DNA of 64,000 bases from Candidatus Cloacimonadales bacterium (GCA_963677495.2 CAXXOU010000001.1:288001-352000), one strand, 5' to 3'. Positions 19,201 to 29,520 are shown, counted from the first letter of the stretch. Numbers and translations are program-made. The notes: generated from the sequence alone by a model not told the origin.

Positions 19201-22063
19201 AGTCTTTTATCATTTGATCAAATGGGTAATCGCTATTGCAATAGTTACTTGTACAAGTCTCATTAAGTGTTGTTAGCATTTCAGAGAACTTATCATCACC
19301 TTTTAATCTTAATCTATGAGCAAGTAAGTTTGTGCTTAGACCAAAAATCTTTTCTTTATCAGTATGATTACGGTTAGCAAATGGAGATCCAACAACAATG
19401 TCATTCTGTTGAGTATATCTATGAAGAACAACATCAAGTATTGCCATCATTACTACAAATGAGCTGCACTCAAATCTATTACAAAACTCTTTAAGTTTCC
19501 GATACCTATCACCGGATACATGCCACCATTTACGCAAACCTCTATGCTTGTCCTCAACTGTGTAGCCCTGTTTCTTTGGAAGGTCAATATCCTCCGGGAA
19601 CGGAGTAAGCTGTTTACGCCAGTATTCGAGTTGATTACGATATTTCTCTTTAGGTACATTTTTACGTTCCCAAGTAGCATAGTCAATAGCCTGGAATTTA
19701 ACACTTTGAAGCATAGGCTCCAATTTTGACAGATAAGCACCATATACATCATAAAGTTCTGTCATAAACATACCCATAGACCAACCATCTGTAACGATAT
19801 GATGTATAGTTGCCAGAAGCACATGCTTCATTCTACCAAGTTTGACTAACTGGAAAGAGTATAGATTTCCCTGCTTCAAATCAAATCTGACTTTTCCCAT
19901 TCTTTTTATTAGCCTATTGAGTCTATACTCTTGCTCTTCAACAGGTTCATTGCTGATATCATTAACTGGTAAATCTACTGTGAAAACATCATTAATATAT
20001 TGCTTAACTTCAGCTTCATCTGAATCAAACCTTGTGTGCAGAGATTCATATCTTCCAACAAGATAATACAATGATTTTTGTAATGCATCAACATCTAGTT
20101 CACCATCAATATCTACTCTTAAAGGGATATTATAGTCAATACGTTTTGTATCCATTAACCAATAATGCCATAGACCCTGTTGACCAAAAGTTATTGGGTA
20201 TCCATCTTGATCTCTAGGGATTTTTTCAAGCAAAGTTCCGTTATTATTACTTTCAGATTCTTTTACCACTTCACTCAATTTAGCGATAGTAGTATGATGA
20301 AGTAAATCCTTAAGGCTTATTGCATAGTTAAATCTATTTTGCAATCTTGTCACAATCATACCGGCCTTTAAAGAATGACCTCCAAGCTCAAAGAAATCAT
20401 CGTTTCTTCCAATATGTTTAACTCGCAACACTTCCTTCCAAACTTCAGAGATATTCTCTTCTGTCCTACTCATATACTTTTCTTTCTGACCAACTGTCTC
20501 AATTTTTCCCCAGTCAGGATCAGGTAGAGCTTTTCTATCTATCTTCTGATTAAGTGTAAGCGGGAATTTATCCAAGTGCACATAATAATCTGGGACCATA
20601 TACTCAGGAAGCTTACTTCTCAAATACTTTTTCAATACTGAGTTTGATATATTAGGTAGTTCAGAGGTAAAATATGCAACAATATCTTTCTCACCTGACG
20701 GATTCTCTTTCAAAAGTGCAACGCATTGATTTATATCATTACGACTTGCTAATGTACTGTCGATCTCTCCCAATTCGATTCTGTAACCTCTAATCTTCAC
20801 CTGATTGTCTACTCGTCCCAAGCATTCATACAAACCATCCTCAGGACAAAGTTTTCCCAAATCACCTGTTTTATATATTCGCCCCTTTGGTAAACCGTAA
20901 TCAGAACCTTCTATAAAAGATTTTTCATTTAAATCAGGTCTTTTATAATATCCACGCCCTACGCATTCTCCACCTAAATATATCTCCCCTACTTCACCTG
21001 GTGGTACAAGTTTCTTATCCTCATCAAGAATGTACACAGTACAATTTGCAACAGGAAGACCAATTGGAGGGATAGTGTGTATAGTTTCTTCAGAACCAAT
21101 ATGGCAGGCTATTGAAATAATTGTACATTCAGCGGGGCCATAAACATTGAAAAGTTCAAAACCGAAATCCGGTTTTGGTTTAACATGAAGTTTATCTCCT
21201 CCTGCACAAATATGCTTAAGATCAGGACAGTCACCTTTATATGTCTCTACAAACATTTCGGCAACCGGAGTAGCCAAGAAACATGCTTCAATCTTATTCT
21301 CTTTCAACCAGTTTTGCAATCTGTTGAAATCAAGTTCAATCTCTGTTGGAAGAAAATATAAAGTATAACCCCCTGTTAAAGAACACCAAAATTCCCACAT
21401 AGATGCATCAAAGCTTATCTTTGCTGTTTGAGTTACACGAGTTCCGTAAGGTTTGTTAAATTCAGCACGATTCCAGAGCTCAAGGTTCACTAAGTTATGA
21501 TGTTCAATCTGAACACCTTTGGGTTTTCCTGTCGATCCGGAAGTAAATATCATATATACAAGATTATTAGGGCCTACATCAACTTTAGGATTATCTTCAG
21601 GGAAATCAGTGTTTTCTTTATCATCTGATAGGATGTAATCATCACATAACTTATCGATACTATGGACATTCAAGCTATTAGTCAAAACAAGAGGGGATTC
21701 TAAATCATCAAGAATACTTTGTATTCGGGATGGTGGCAATGTAGTCTCTATTGCAATAAAACAACCACCAGCTTTAAGTATTGCCAGCATACAAACGGTG
21801 AAATCAATACCTCTAGGTATATAAATAGCAACAGGATCTTCTAGATCCAATCCTTTTTTCAGTAAGCGATGAGCTATTTTATTAGCACGTTTATTAAGTT
21901 CACTATAAGTAATCGAATAGTTTGCTTCAACAAGTGCTGTTTGGTCAGGTATATTTTCAACGTTCTCTTCAAAGTATGAATGAATTGTCCTACTCAAATC
22001 AAAATCCCTACGAGTCTCGTTGATCTTGTGATAAAGGCTAAAGTCCATATTACTAATCCCCAT
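16271..22063 (-). CDS. Two-module non-ribosomal peptide synthetase, A-T-C-A-T-TE
   Basis: Two A domains (FTSGSTGKPKG/FTSGSTGTPKG, YGPAE/YGPTE, YKTGD/YRTGD, QVKIRG); T domains FFELGGHSL and FFEIGGNSI; C domain HHIVTDGWS; TE LGGWCFGG. Confidence 0.97.
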   Translation of the reverse strand: MGISNMDFSLYHKINETRRDFDLSRTIHSYFEENVENIPDQTALVEANYSITYSELNKRANKIAHRLLKKGLDLEDPVAIYIPRGIDFTVCMLAILKAGGCFIAIETTLPPSRIQSILDDLESPLVLTNSLNVHSIDKLCDDYILSDDKENTDFPEDNPKVDVGPNNLVYMIFTSGSTGKPKGVQIEHHNLVNLELWNRAEFNKPYGTRVTQTAKISFDASMWEFWCSLTGGYTLYFLPTEIELDFNRLQNWLKENKIEACFLATPVAEMFVETYKGDCPDLKHICAGGDKLHVKPKPDFGFELFNVYGPAECTIISIACHIGSEETIHTIPPIGLPVANCTVYILDEDKKLVPPGEVGEIYLGGECVGRGYYKRPDLNEKSFIEGSDYGLPKGRIYKTGDLGKLCPEDGLYECLGRVDNQVKIRGYRIELGEIDSTLASRNDINQCVALLKENPSGEKDIVAYFTSELPNISNSVLKKYLRSKLPEYMVPDYYVHLDKFPLTLNQKIDRKALPDPDWGKIETVGQKEKYMSRTEENISEVWKEVLRVKHIGRNDDFFELGGHSLKAGMIVTRLQNRFNYAISLKDLLHHTTIAKLSEVVKESESNNNGTLLEKIPRDQDGYPITFGQQGLWHYWLMDTKRIDYNIPLRVDIDGELDVDALQKSLYYLVGRYESLHTRFDSDEAEVKQYINDVFTVDLPVNDISNEPVEEQEYRLNRLIKRMGKVRFDLKQGNLYSFQLVKLGRMKHVLLATIHHIVTDGWSMGMFMTELYDVYGAYLSKLEPMLQSVKFQAIDYATWERKNVPKEKYRNQLEYWRKQLTPFPEDIDLPKKQGYTVEDKHRGLRKWWHVSGDRYRKLKEFCNRFECSSFVVMMAILDVVLHRYTQQNDIVVGSPFANRNHTDKEKIFGLSTNLLAHRLRLKGDDKFSEMLTTLNETCTSNYCNSDYPFDQMIKDLGYKSQSSKHPLFQVMMVYQNYPLPEIPKNKTSFKLKEIGNNTAKMDLVFNAEEFQNEMECWFEYDTSLYDESLIERMSHHFQNIMDAVFDDPEIRVKDISIITGSESYNLFREWQGTERDYPLKSTYVELLNESYKKYPYNIALKFKDESYTYRDLEIHVNSFKLKLLQTGVQTGDIVGICLDRTPETIISIMSVISSGCAYLPINPTFPQDRLKSMLKLANVKTVVSAEKYMALLSVYDGKIIKYDENNPTEPTAMVQFKTRPLHPNDPAYVIFTSGSTGTPKGISVSHKNLINHNYSIIEKLGMTEKDNMLQFGNLSFDLSVEEIFPTLLCGATLVLRTEKMVSSFTDAMQFIEEEEISILDLPTAYWHEMVHELEKAPLPESVRVVIIGGEKAAKEIYHTWAKNVKSDVMLLNTYGPTETTIIATWQEAASNLGSDFLIGKPLPNVKVYVLDNNMQPLPPGIPGELFIGGAQVAHGYIGQEELTKQVFVEHKFPDNTRDRIYRTGDIVRFTADGSLEFIGRKDFQVKIRGHRIEPEEVEANMRKLASVRDSVVLPISDDPGDMKLVAYYITESGKSLSSSQLNKELGDLLPQYMIPHYFVHMKDFPITSTGKINRKGFPLPDFKAVESSEKRLPYTPDQELICNIIADVLGIDSVGINENFFEIGGNSILSMKVINQIGKAGLLISINDLFHHKDIEDLSTKVSLKEAKGNTFGSFSMIELQRGSKDRIPIYLLHSLPGDLLGYVNLIRYLDRKQPIYGLQALGLFDESKAHTSVEEMAQYYVELIKKHCPEKTLYLGGWCFGGNVAYEIARLLEAEGYTIPNLFMIESWVKKPRGLIGFKFFMYNLRCLVKMFPGGMIRYVKAKLTSRKEYEKLVCNHIQFLDQGLFANRTAVRLKNIDAIVKYRMRPYKGEITLFSAIHQDVPLVHDTTLGWPSITKKLDITLVDSTHDTILKEPAVKVVADKMNEVLKG

Positions 22064-22235
22064 AATTATGATAAATGATTGTTACATTCTTTATAAATAA
22101 TGGCAAGCTTTTTTTGAATTATTATATTTCAGTTCTTATATTTAATCTCAAACTAAGTTTTAAACTTTCTGAGTGTAGCCCTAAAGATACTGATATCAAT
22201 TAATTCTATACAAATATATTAGGACATGTACCTCT

Positions 22236-22269
22236 AAAAAGAAACAAGCCTATAAGAATAGGCTTGTTT
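22236..22269 (-). terminator. Intrinsic terminator after the C25 gene
   Basis: aaacaagcctat-aaga-ataggcttgttt with a left A-tract. Confidence 0.8.
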
Positions 22270-22288
22270 GAAGTTTAATTGTTTGTTC

Positions 22289-25200
22289 TTATTTACTAAT
22301 TATTGCGTTGCTCCTAGAAGAAGAAGATGCTACAACCTTGAAGAACTTACAACTATCTGAGTTAGTTGTATATGTATAAGTTGGTGATGTGACAGTGATA
22401 ATTGGTTGTCCCCAATCTGTTGCATATGGATCATCACTTGCATAGATTTTATATGAAGCAGCATTATCAACAGCATCCCAACTCAGAATAATTGTATTAC
22501 CTGATGAAACAGCAGTAACACTTACAGGTGTGTCTAATGCTGGTGTGTTTGTCACTGTTAGAGTAACAGGGATAACAACTGATCCATTATCGGGGTCATT
22601 AGAAGTTACAACAATATTCTTTGTGTAAACACCAAGGTCAAGATCTGTTGAATCAATACTGAACAGAACATTTTCAGGTGTACCAGGCTCTACAGTCCCA
22701 CTAGTAACTGTTGTAGTCAACCATTCCGGTATGCTGTTGTTTGATATTCTGATAGCAAGGTCATTAAGTCCGAAGGCAGTATAGTAACAGATTTGCAACC
22801 CATCAGTACCATCTGAGCTTTCAATTCCAATTGTGTAATCAGTATCGCTTCCTGTACTATCGTATTGGTAAACAATATCTCCATTAGGATAAAGAATTAC
22901 CTCAAACGTTTCATATCCACCTGATGAGTAGTAATGCCTTATGTTATCATACTGTACGATAAATCTATTATTAGCTGTATCATTATAATGATAGATTGTT
23001 CCTCCACCACCTGCACTTGCAGGACGTAAATCGTCCCAAAGAGGTGCAATAAAATTGTTTGGTGTTCTTGTATTAGGTATCTGATCATTTGAATAATCAT
23101 TAAGAGTAGTACTGAATGTAAGATAGCCATTAGAACATACATTGATACTGTTATATGTAGTACCGTAGAAATCGAACGAGAATGGTAGATTAACTGAAGT
23201 ACCTGCATCATCTCCTAGAGATAACGCTGTACCAACACCGGATATTTCAACCCAGTTGTAAGCAGGACCTCCTGCTTCACGACTGTCAATCCACTCATAA
23301 CCAAATGTATCAGGTCCTCCACTGTTTCTTCCTGTATCTTGGATTCCTAGTGAGTATGTAAGATTTCCAATACCTGTATTATTGATGGTAAGGTTAATAT
23401 CACTCTGATCATTAGGAAGAATACTAGTATCAACTTGTGTTTGTGCTATTGAGATATTAGGTAGTACACCCATACCGCTAACAGCTACTAAACTTACACC
23501 TCCGGCAGCATTATGATTAATAGAAATATCACCAACATATTGAGTAGTTGTTGTTGGAGTAAAAGCCACATTGAATGTTTCTGAACCCAAAGCTCCTACT
23601 GTAAAGTTGATTGTATTTCTTGTAGCTTGATATTTGTCACCTCTACCGGTATTTGTTACAGCAAATCCTAAAGGAGTTTGAATTGTACCTGTAAGTGCCA
23701 TTGTTCCATCATTAGAAATGTCAAACTGTAAGTTTTGAGTCCCACCCTGTACAACATCTCCAAAATCAAGGAGAGCAGGTGAAACAGAACAATCAGGATA
23801 TGGAGCAGTTAGTGGTGGGAAAGTGATATAATCAACCCATGCACAGTCTGATCCATTACTCTGAGAGCCATCTTTATAATAAGTCCAGTTGAATGTATGA
23901 GTACCCTGAGAAACAGAATATGTATGTAACTCCCAATCTGTAGAACCTGCCCATTGCTCTTGCAGGTTGCCATCAATATAGAAACGAAGGTAATCATAAT
24001 TAGCTTCAGAAGAAACTTTGCTATAGAAGCTAATATCTCCGGTTGTAGCTACTGTTTGAGTAGTCATTATCTGAGATGTTTGGCTATGTGAAATTGATCC
24101 GGATTGTATACAATATGTTCCTTCATAAGCGCCTAAAGGAGTGACATACCATTCTGCATCACCATCAAACTCCCAAGCCATGTTATTCAAGTTACCGGTC
24201 TCAAAATCTTCCATAATGATTCCTACACTTATACTGTAGTTTTCGCTAAAACTAACAGCAGGTGTTCCTGTGACATTTAGTTGCAAAAGAACCGCATGTC
24301 CAGCAGGTGTAGAGCTAGAAACTGTTACCTCAAACTCTGCAGTATATGATTCATTAAATGCCAGTGTGCCGATATTAATAGAGGTCTGGTTTAATGTTGC
24401 ATAAGCATCGGTTTCTGAAAGTGAAACTGATACATTACTAGCTGTTTCCATGCCCAGATTTACTATATCTACACTGAATGTTACGACATCACCAGCTTCA
24501 ATAAAAGGACTACCGGACTGGTTTACAGCAGTCTGATTTTGAGCAAGGACATTAGTTTCATAAACAAATTCAGGAGCTTCTGTAGTGATATATAACGCTG
24601 TATTATTACTAAGCTCAGCACATGAGGAAGGATAAGTATCATTAAATGTATACTCTAAACCAACGTGTTCGTCATGATTCTCAATACCAATTGTACAGTA
24701 TTCACCATGAACATTGTCAGTAGCATTATCTACATTGTTAAATGTCTGATATTGAAACTTGATTGGACAGTCATTTGTAGGAGTTGGATGATAAGTCTCA
24801 TCATAAATAATCACCTGGAAGGTTTCATCAATTCCTCTGTTATAGATTTCACAATTATCCCATTGAACAACATAATAATGTTCACTGCTGTTATAATAAG
24901 CGTATACACCACCACCGCTTGTTTCTAGATCATCCCAGAAAGGTGCAATCATTGGGCTTGGTCCAATTGGACCCGGGATTCTCCAGTTTCTAAATGTAAT
25001 CTGGTCAGTAACTCCACCACCAATCCAACCATTAGAACAAACTGTGATTTGGTTGTAAGACTCTCCGTACATCCTTAATGGGAATGGCATATTCACAACA
25101 ACTACTTCGTCTGAATTGTTACCAGTATCACTTATGTTTAAGCGATTTGCGCTTTGAGATACATCTACCCAGTTATACTCAGGAGCTAAACTGTATCGAG

Positions 25201-27868
25201 TGTCTCCCATATCATAAATATAATAGCCATAGCTGTCCGGGCCAAGTGGATCAACAGCAGAAGGTTGGCCGACTGTTACATTGAAAGGCATTACATGATT
25301 GAATACTAAAGAGTTTACTGCAACCGTTATCGGAGATACAGCTCCCGGTATGATTGTAGCATCTGCAGTAACCTGGAAAGTAACATCCGCAGTTCCATTG
25401 GCTGCAATTGCTCCAACGTTACTAAACTGCGTAGGGAATTGCAAGTTATCTTCAATAGATGAAATCGACATGTTCTGTCCGGCAAACGTATCATTACCAA
25501 TGTTTCTAAGTGTTACGGTAACGTCTGATGTTTGTCCCGGGAGAATCACGTCTGTGCCGGTTGTTTGGAAGACCCATGAATCAACAAGAATATTTGATGC
25601 TTCAACAGGAATTGAAAAAGTTCTTACAAAATCATCACCAATTGAATCTATATGTAATAAGAAATCTAATTCTTCCGGGAAGCATGCGTTTTCTAGTTGT
25701 ATGTAGAAGGCTGAACTGTTCGTTACAGTACTTCCAGATGTAATTGTCCCATATGACACTGAACTACCTACAGTGACATTGTCATTTAAAGCTTCGATTG
25801 TGCAGGTAGTCAAATCAAGATTAGCTGTACCGTTGTTTTGAAGTGATAGATATACTTGGGCATTATTACCCGGTTCCAAATGAGTGACAGTTGAAAGCCC
25901 TAGTCTCATTGAGATGTTTGATATATCTGCAGAGTATGTAGCATTGCCTAAAGCAAAACTACCAATATGGGGAGTGAAGCCTGGTTTAGTAACAGTTAAT
26001 GTAACAGAACCACTTACACCTTCAGTTATTGGCAAGTAGATTTCACCCATTGCATTTGTTAAACCTGTTGCAAAAACTTCATCATCACCTTTCAGTATTG
26101 TTACTCTCGCTCCTTCTAGGTCACCACTGGAAGAGCTTACATTTACAAGTATTTCGCCTGTTGTGGTTGAAACTATAGATGGATATGAAACTGTCATATC
26201 TTCAGGAGCACCTTTCCAAGCACGTAAACTTGGATCACCCATAAGATTACACATATGCATGAAGTTTGAAGCTGTTGCAGGCTGTGTTACACCATAGTTG
26301 GTCCAAAGATAGTTCTTACCGGTATTCAAAGCTTCTCCGATTGTCTCTACATCATCAACAAACAGACCTGATACAATACCACCATCAAGACAGTTATTAT
26401 AAGCTGTATGAGTTCCGGATGTGGACATACCGATTGCAGCAACACCACCCTTTGGTTGAGCTACTGAACCTGCTCTTAAGAACTCTTCTGTTCTTGCTGT
26501 GCTTGTATATGTTCCGGTATCACATGTTATAATGATACAGATTGGAGTCTTTGCAATATTATTAAGAGAAGATATATCTGAATTATAGAAACCACTCATA
26601 CCAATCCAACCACGATAATGAAAATACCCAACACCACTATTCAATGTTGAACTAACAGTTACACTTGATGGATCTGCACCATAAAGTTCAGTAAAGGTAA
26701 AATCGGAGCTGTAATCCTCCATAACGTCCTGCATGTATTCGTTTCCTGATATACATGAAATACCTGATGGATTAGTGTCACCAACCAAAAGAGTTGAATT
26801 CATCCACTGCTCAGCAGGGAATAATGCATCCTTTTCATAATTAATTATTTTGTTTACAATTACCGATAACTGAGCTTCTGATTCATAAGAAATTCTACCC
26901 ATGAACACATCTTCCAGTTCATCATCTCCACTTACAAGTGCATAGGGATGGTCTCCCGGTGCACTATAATAACTTATTGAATAGTATGGAAGCCCATATG
27001 TTCCACCTGTGTCACCTACCAGAACAAAGAAATCCGGTGGATTTGACCAAGTCTGATATGCGTTTTGAAGATAGTTACGAATAGATGTTGTAGTGCTACC
27101 TGCTTGACTTGTACTTGCGGTGTGAACTTCAAAACCTTGTTGATGTTTCCAATCTACTAAAGGCTTCAAATAAGTTGTATAGTTAAGCGAGTTATTATAA
27201 ACATAAAGAATACAAGGAGGATCATCGGTTCTACTTGTTCTTTGTGTGTAATTAAGAATATTTGTTGAATATACTTTTGTGAAGGCTGAAGAATGTGGTC
27301 TTTCAACTGTTAACTCATTTTCTCCACTCTCTCGAGTATTATATGTAAGATGAATTCTTCCTCTTTTTACTATATCCAGTTCTCCCGTATTTGAGTTAAA
27401 CCTAAAAGGATATACAGCGACAGGTACAACACGTACATCACGCCAAAGTGCTGCTGATGAGTGTTCGAAAGACTCTTCCGGATAGTATCCGCTCTGAGTA
27501 GAGAGTAACATCTCATCAGTCTCTTTTTCTTTGTATCTTTTGAGATTAATACCTTGTACTTGTTCTCTTTTAGATACTGTCATTTGTGCGTTGAATGTTC
27601 CTCTTGCAGGTAACTCAAGCATAGTTGAAAAGACTGGAACTTCAGGTAGTCCTACCTCACCGGTGAAGTTATCATTGTTGATTTTGATGCTTTGAACCCT
27701 AACACCATCTACGTTATCGTCTACAAGTTCGTATGCCGGTAATTCAAATTCAATCTCGACCCCTTGCGCATCGTCAGATATTACTCTAAACACATCTGAA
27801 TTGACAGCTGTCAACAAACCTGTTATTAAAAATAATAGAATTATAGCTATAACTCTTACATTATTCAT
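22289..27868 (-). CDS. Secreted gingipain-like (peptidase C25) multidomain protein
   Basis: Signal peptide; C25 propeptide (GLPEVP, DVRVVPVAVYPFRF); catalytic region (WKHQQG, VLVGD, MGRIS, ITCDTG, KGGVAAIG, NLMGDP); two GPD.YGY domains and Ig-like domains. Confidence 0.88.
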   Translation of the reverse strand: MNNVRVIAIILLFLITGLLTAVNSDVFRVISDDAQGVEIEFELPAYELVDDNVDGVRVQSIKINNDNFTGEVGLPEVPVFSTMLELPARGTFNAQMTVSKREQVQGINLKRYKEKETDEMLLSTQSGYYPEESFEHSSAALWRDVRVVPVAVYPFRFNSNTGELDIVKRGRIHLTYNTRESGENELTVERPHSSAFTKVYSTNILNYTQRTSRTDDPPCILYVYNNSLNYTTYLKPLVDWKHQQGFEVHTASTSQAGSTTTSIRNYLQNAYQTWSNPPDFFVLVGDTGGTYGLPYYSISYYSAPGDHPYALVSGDDELEDVFMGRISYESEAQLSVIVNKIINYEKDALFPAEQWMNSTLLVGDTNPSGISCISGNEYMQDVMEDYSSDFTFTELYGADPSSVTVSSTLNSGVGYFHYRGWIGMSGFYNSDISSLNNIAKTPICIIITCDTGTYTSTARTEEFLRAGSVAQPKGGVAAIGMSTSGTHTAYNNCLDGGIVSGLFVDDVETIGEALNTGKNYLWTNYGVTQPATASNFMHMCNLMGDPSLRAWKGAPEDMTVSYPSIVSTTTGEILVNVSSSSGDLEGARVTILKGDDEVFATGLTNAMGEIYLPITEGVSGSVTLTVTKPGFTPHIGSFALGNATYSADISNISMRLGLSTVTHLEPGNNAQVYLSLQNNGTANLDLTTCTIEALNDNVTVGSSVSYGTITSGSTVTNSSAFYIQLENACFPEELDFLLHIDSIGDDFVRTFSIPVEASNILVDSWVFQTTGTDVILPGQTSDVTVTLRNIGNDTFAGQNMSISSIEDNLQFPTQFSNVGAIAANGTADVTFQVTADATIIPGAVSPITVAVNSLVFNHVMPFNVTVGQPSAVDPLGPDSYGYYIYDMGDTRYSLAPEYNWVDVSQSANRLNISDTGNNSDEVVVVNMPFPLRMYGESYNQITVCSNGWIGGGVTDQITFRNWRIPGPIGPSPMIAPFWDDLETSGGGVYAYYNSSEHYYVVQWDNCEIYNRGIDETFQVIIYDETYHPTPTNDCPIKFQYQTFNNVDNATDNVHGEYCTIGIENHDEHVGLEYTFNDTYPSSCAELSNNTALYITTEAPEFVYETNVLAQNQTAVNQSGSPFIEAGDVVTFSVDIVNLGMETASNVSVSLSETDAYATLNQTSINIGTLAFNESYTAEFEVTVSSSTPAGHAVLLQLNVTGTPAVSFSENYSISVGIIMEDFETGNLNNMAWEFDGDAEWYVTPLGAYEGTYCIQSGSISHSQTSQIMTTQTVATTGDISFYSKVSSEANYDYLRFYIDGNLQEQWAGSTDWELHTYSVSQGTHTFNWTYYKDGSQSNGSDCAWVDYITFPPLTAPYPDCSVSPALLDFGDVVQGGTQNLQFDISNDGTMALTGTIQTPLGFAVTNTGRGDKYQATRNTINFTVGALGSETFNVAFTPTTTTQYVGDISINHNAAGGVSLVAVSGMGVLPNISIAQTQVDTSILPNDQSDINLTINNTGIGNLTYSLGIQDTGRNSGGPDTFGYEWIDSREAGGPAYNWVEISGVGTALSLGDDAGTSVNLPFSFDFYGTTYNSINVCSNGYLTFSTTLNDYSNDQIPNTRTPNNFIAPLWDDLRPASAGGGGTIYHYNDTANNRFIVQYDNIRHYYSSGGYETFEVILYPNGDIVYQYDSTGSDTDYTIGIESSDGTDGLQICYYTAFGLNDLAIRISNNSIPEWLTTTVTSGTVEPGTPENVLFSIDSTDLDLGVYTKNIVVTSNDPDNGSVVIPVTLTVTNTPALDTPVSVTAVSSGNTIILSWDAVDNAASYKIYASDDPYATDWGQPIITVTSPTYTYTTNSDSCKFFKVVASSSSRSNAIISK

Positions 27869-28092
27869 TTATACCTCCATTTTTGATTACAAGTTGCTCA
27901 TCTTTGTTTATGCAATTTTTAAACCTTTGTTAGTTAACTTTTTAGAATGAGCAATATTTGCGTGTATTACACGATATTAGGTTAAATTGAGTGTCTACAA
28001 ATCTCTCATTTGAATCATAGAGCTCTATTAAATGTACAGATAGGATACAACTATATTGATTCTGTAAACACTGTTAACTATAAATACTCAAC

Positions 28093-29184
28093 CTACCATT
28101 CAATTTTGATTACATCAAAGATACTTTCCCCTATTGTCTGAAGAATCGGACCCTTAACAATTCTCTCCTCCCCCTTATGCTGAAACCTGAGAAAACTCTT
28201 ATGAAGTATAGTGTTACCACGTTTAACAAGGTTCATAGGATCGAATCCTGTGATAGTAACGTCATATAATTCTTCGCTTCTTTTATTTGTCTCAAAATCA
28301 TTAAACAATTGATCTGTTTCTATTGTATAAGCTAAAACTGCGTCACCTACTTTCTCTTTAAGATCATTTCCAAGTGATGGAATTATTGTGGAATCATCTA
28401 TATTCATTATTCCATGTATATAGTCGGATAAGAAACCTGAACGCACTTGATTTTTCCAATTCGGGCAGAACCTATCTGCTACTAGACAAAGCAACAATCC
28501 CTGATTGTACAAACTTAATCTTGTTTTCAAACAACATCGAACATCATGATAGCCCTCAATGAACTCATCAATCGGAACTGAAAAGGCATTAAGCATGTTC
28601 CAGACATTGTATTCAACATAAACAGCTGTTCCTTCAATTGATTCAATCCCTTTATCATAATCAATATTATCCCCAAACAAAGCTTTCCGCTCTTTTCTTA
28701 TACTGTAAAACTCCGTAACAAAATCACGAGCCTTATCCATATCTTCTACCACAACAGCTTTATAAAGTGCCTCACGTTCTAGTAATCTAAGCGATATACT
28801 CTGCTCAGTGATTTGATAGTTGATTCCCTTTATCTCATCAGCCCCTGAAAAGAAATCATTAGAGCTTTGAAAACAGTGGAACATCTCATGAACCATTAAA
28901 GACGCTATCTTCTCTGAACTTATTTTAGGGTTAAAAGTATTAATATTGCATATTGCGACTGGATTGTCATCAAGAATAATTGCAGTATTGCCCATAAATC
29001 TCTCATCAACATCTGCTTTAAAACAGTACCCTAAATCCTCAAAATCACCCTCAATTCCAGTGTTATCATTAATATAATAATGGTCTTCGTCATATAACGC
29101 GTACTTTGTTTGCTGAAATCCGGGCCAATAATCTTCACAATCTAATAACGCAATTAAATCACGAAGCTCTTTCATTCTTTGCAT
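28093..29184 (-). CDS. Hypothetical protein with HEXXH motif (zincin-like)
   Basis: MVHEMFHCFQ and a downstream EGTAVYVE. Start moved to ATG 29184 behind RBS ggaggt. Confidence 0.7.
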   Translation of the reverse strand: MQRMKELRDLIALLDCEDYWPGFQQTKYALYDEDHYYINDNTGIEGDFEDLGYCFKADVDERFMGNTAIILDDNPVAICNINTFNPKISSEKIASLMVHEMFHCFQSSNDFFSGADEIKGINYQITEQSISLRLLEREALYKAVVVEDMDKARDFVTEFYSIRKERKALFGDNIDYDKGIESIEGTAVYVEYNVWNMLNAFSVPIDEFIEGYHDVRCCLKTRLSLYNQGLLLCLVADRFCPNWKNQVRSGFLSDYIHGIMNIDDSTIIPSLGNDLKEKVGDAVLAYTIETDQLFNDFETNKRSEELYDVTITGFDPMNLVKRGNTILHKSFLRFQHKGEERIVKGPILQTIGESIFDVIKIEW

Positions 29185-29262
29185 AAAACCTCCACCGACA
29201 AAACTGTCACCAGAGTAATGTGACGGCAAGCATTTTGTTTCAATCTTTACACTATCCAAACG

Positions 29263-29312
29263 GACATCGTGAGCGAAGTGAATTTTTGTATTCAGCTTCG
29301 CTCAGAGTAACA
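29263..29312. repeat. REP-like palindrome remnant
   Basis: acatcgtgagcgaagtgaa...ttcagcttcgctcagagtaaca; tgagcgaag and cttcgctca are inverted. Confidence 0.5.
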
Positions 29313-29493
29313 ATGTTAAGGGATTTGCATTTGCAATTCCGAGAACTCAACATGTCATCGTATATTGACACCAGAGTTAAAAAGAATAGTGTTAGTAAAA
29401 GGAAAATGGAAGGGATAAAGCTTGTTTTGTCATAGGAAAACACTGAAAGATTAGTCAATATTACAACAGACTTCCACTAAAGCTATCCGAGCG

Positions 29494-29520
29494 ACCCGTT
29501 CAACTACGCTCAGGGTGACA
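29494..29520. repeat. REP-like half element
   Basis: acccgttcaactacgctcagggtgaca is related to the 3' half of the 29263 element (cgctcag...aca). Confidence 0.4.
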
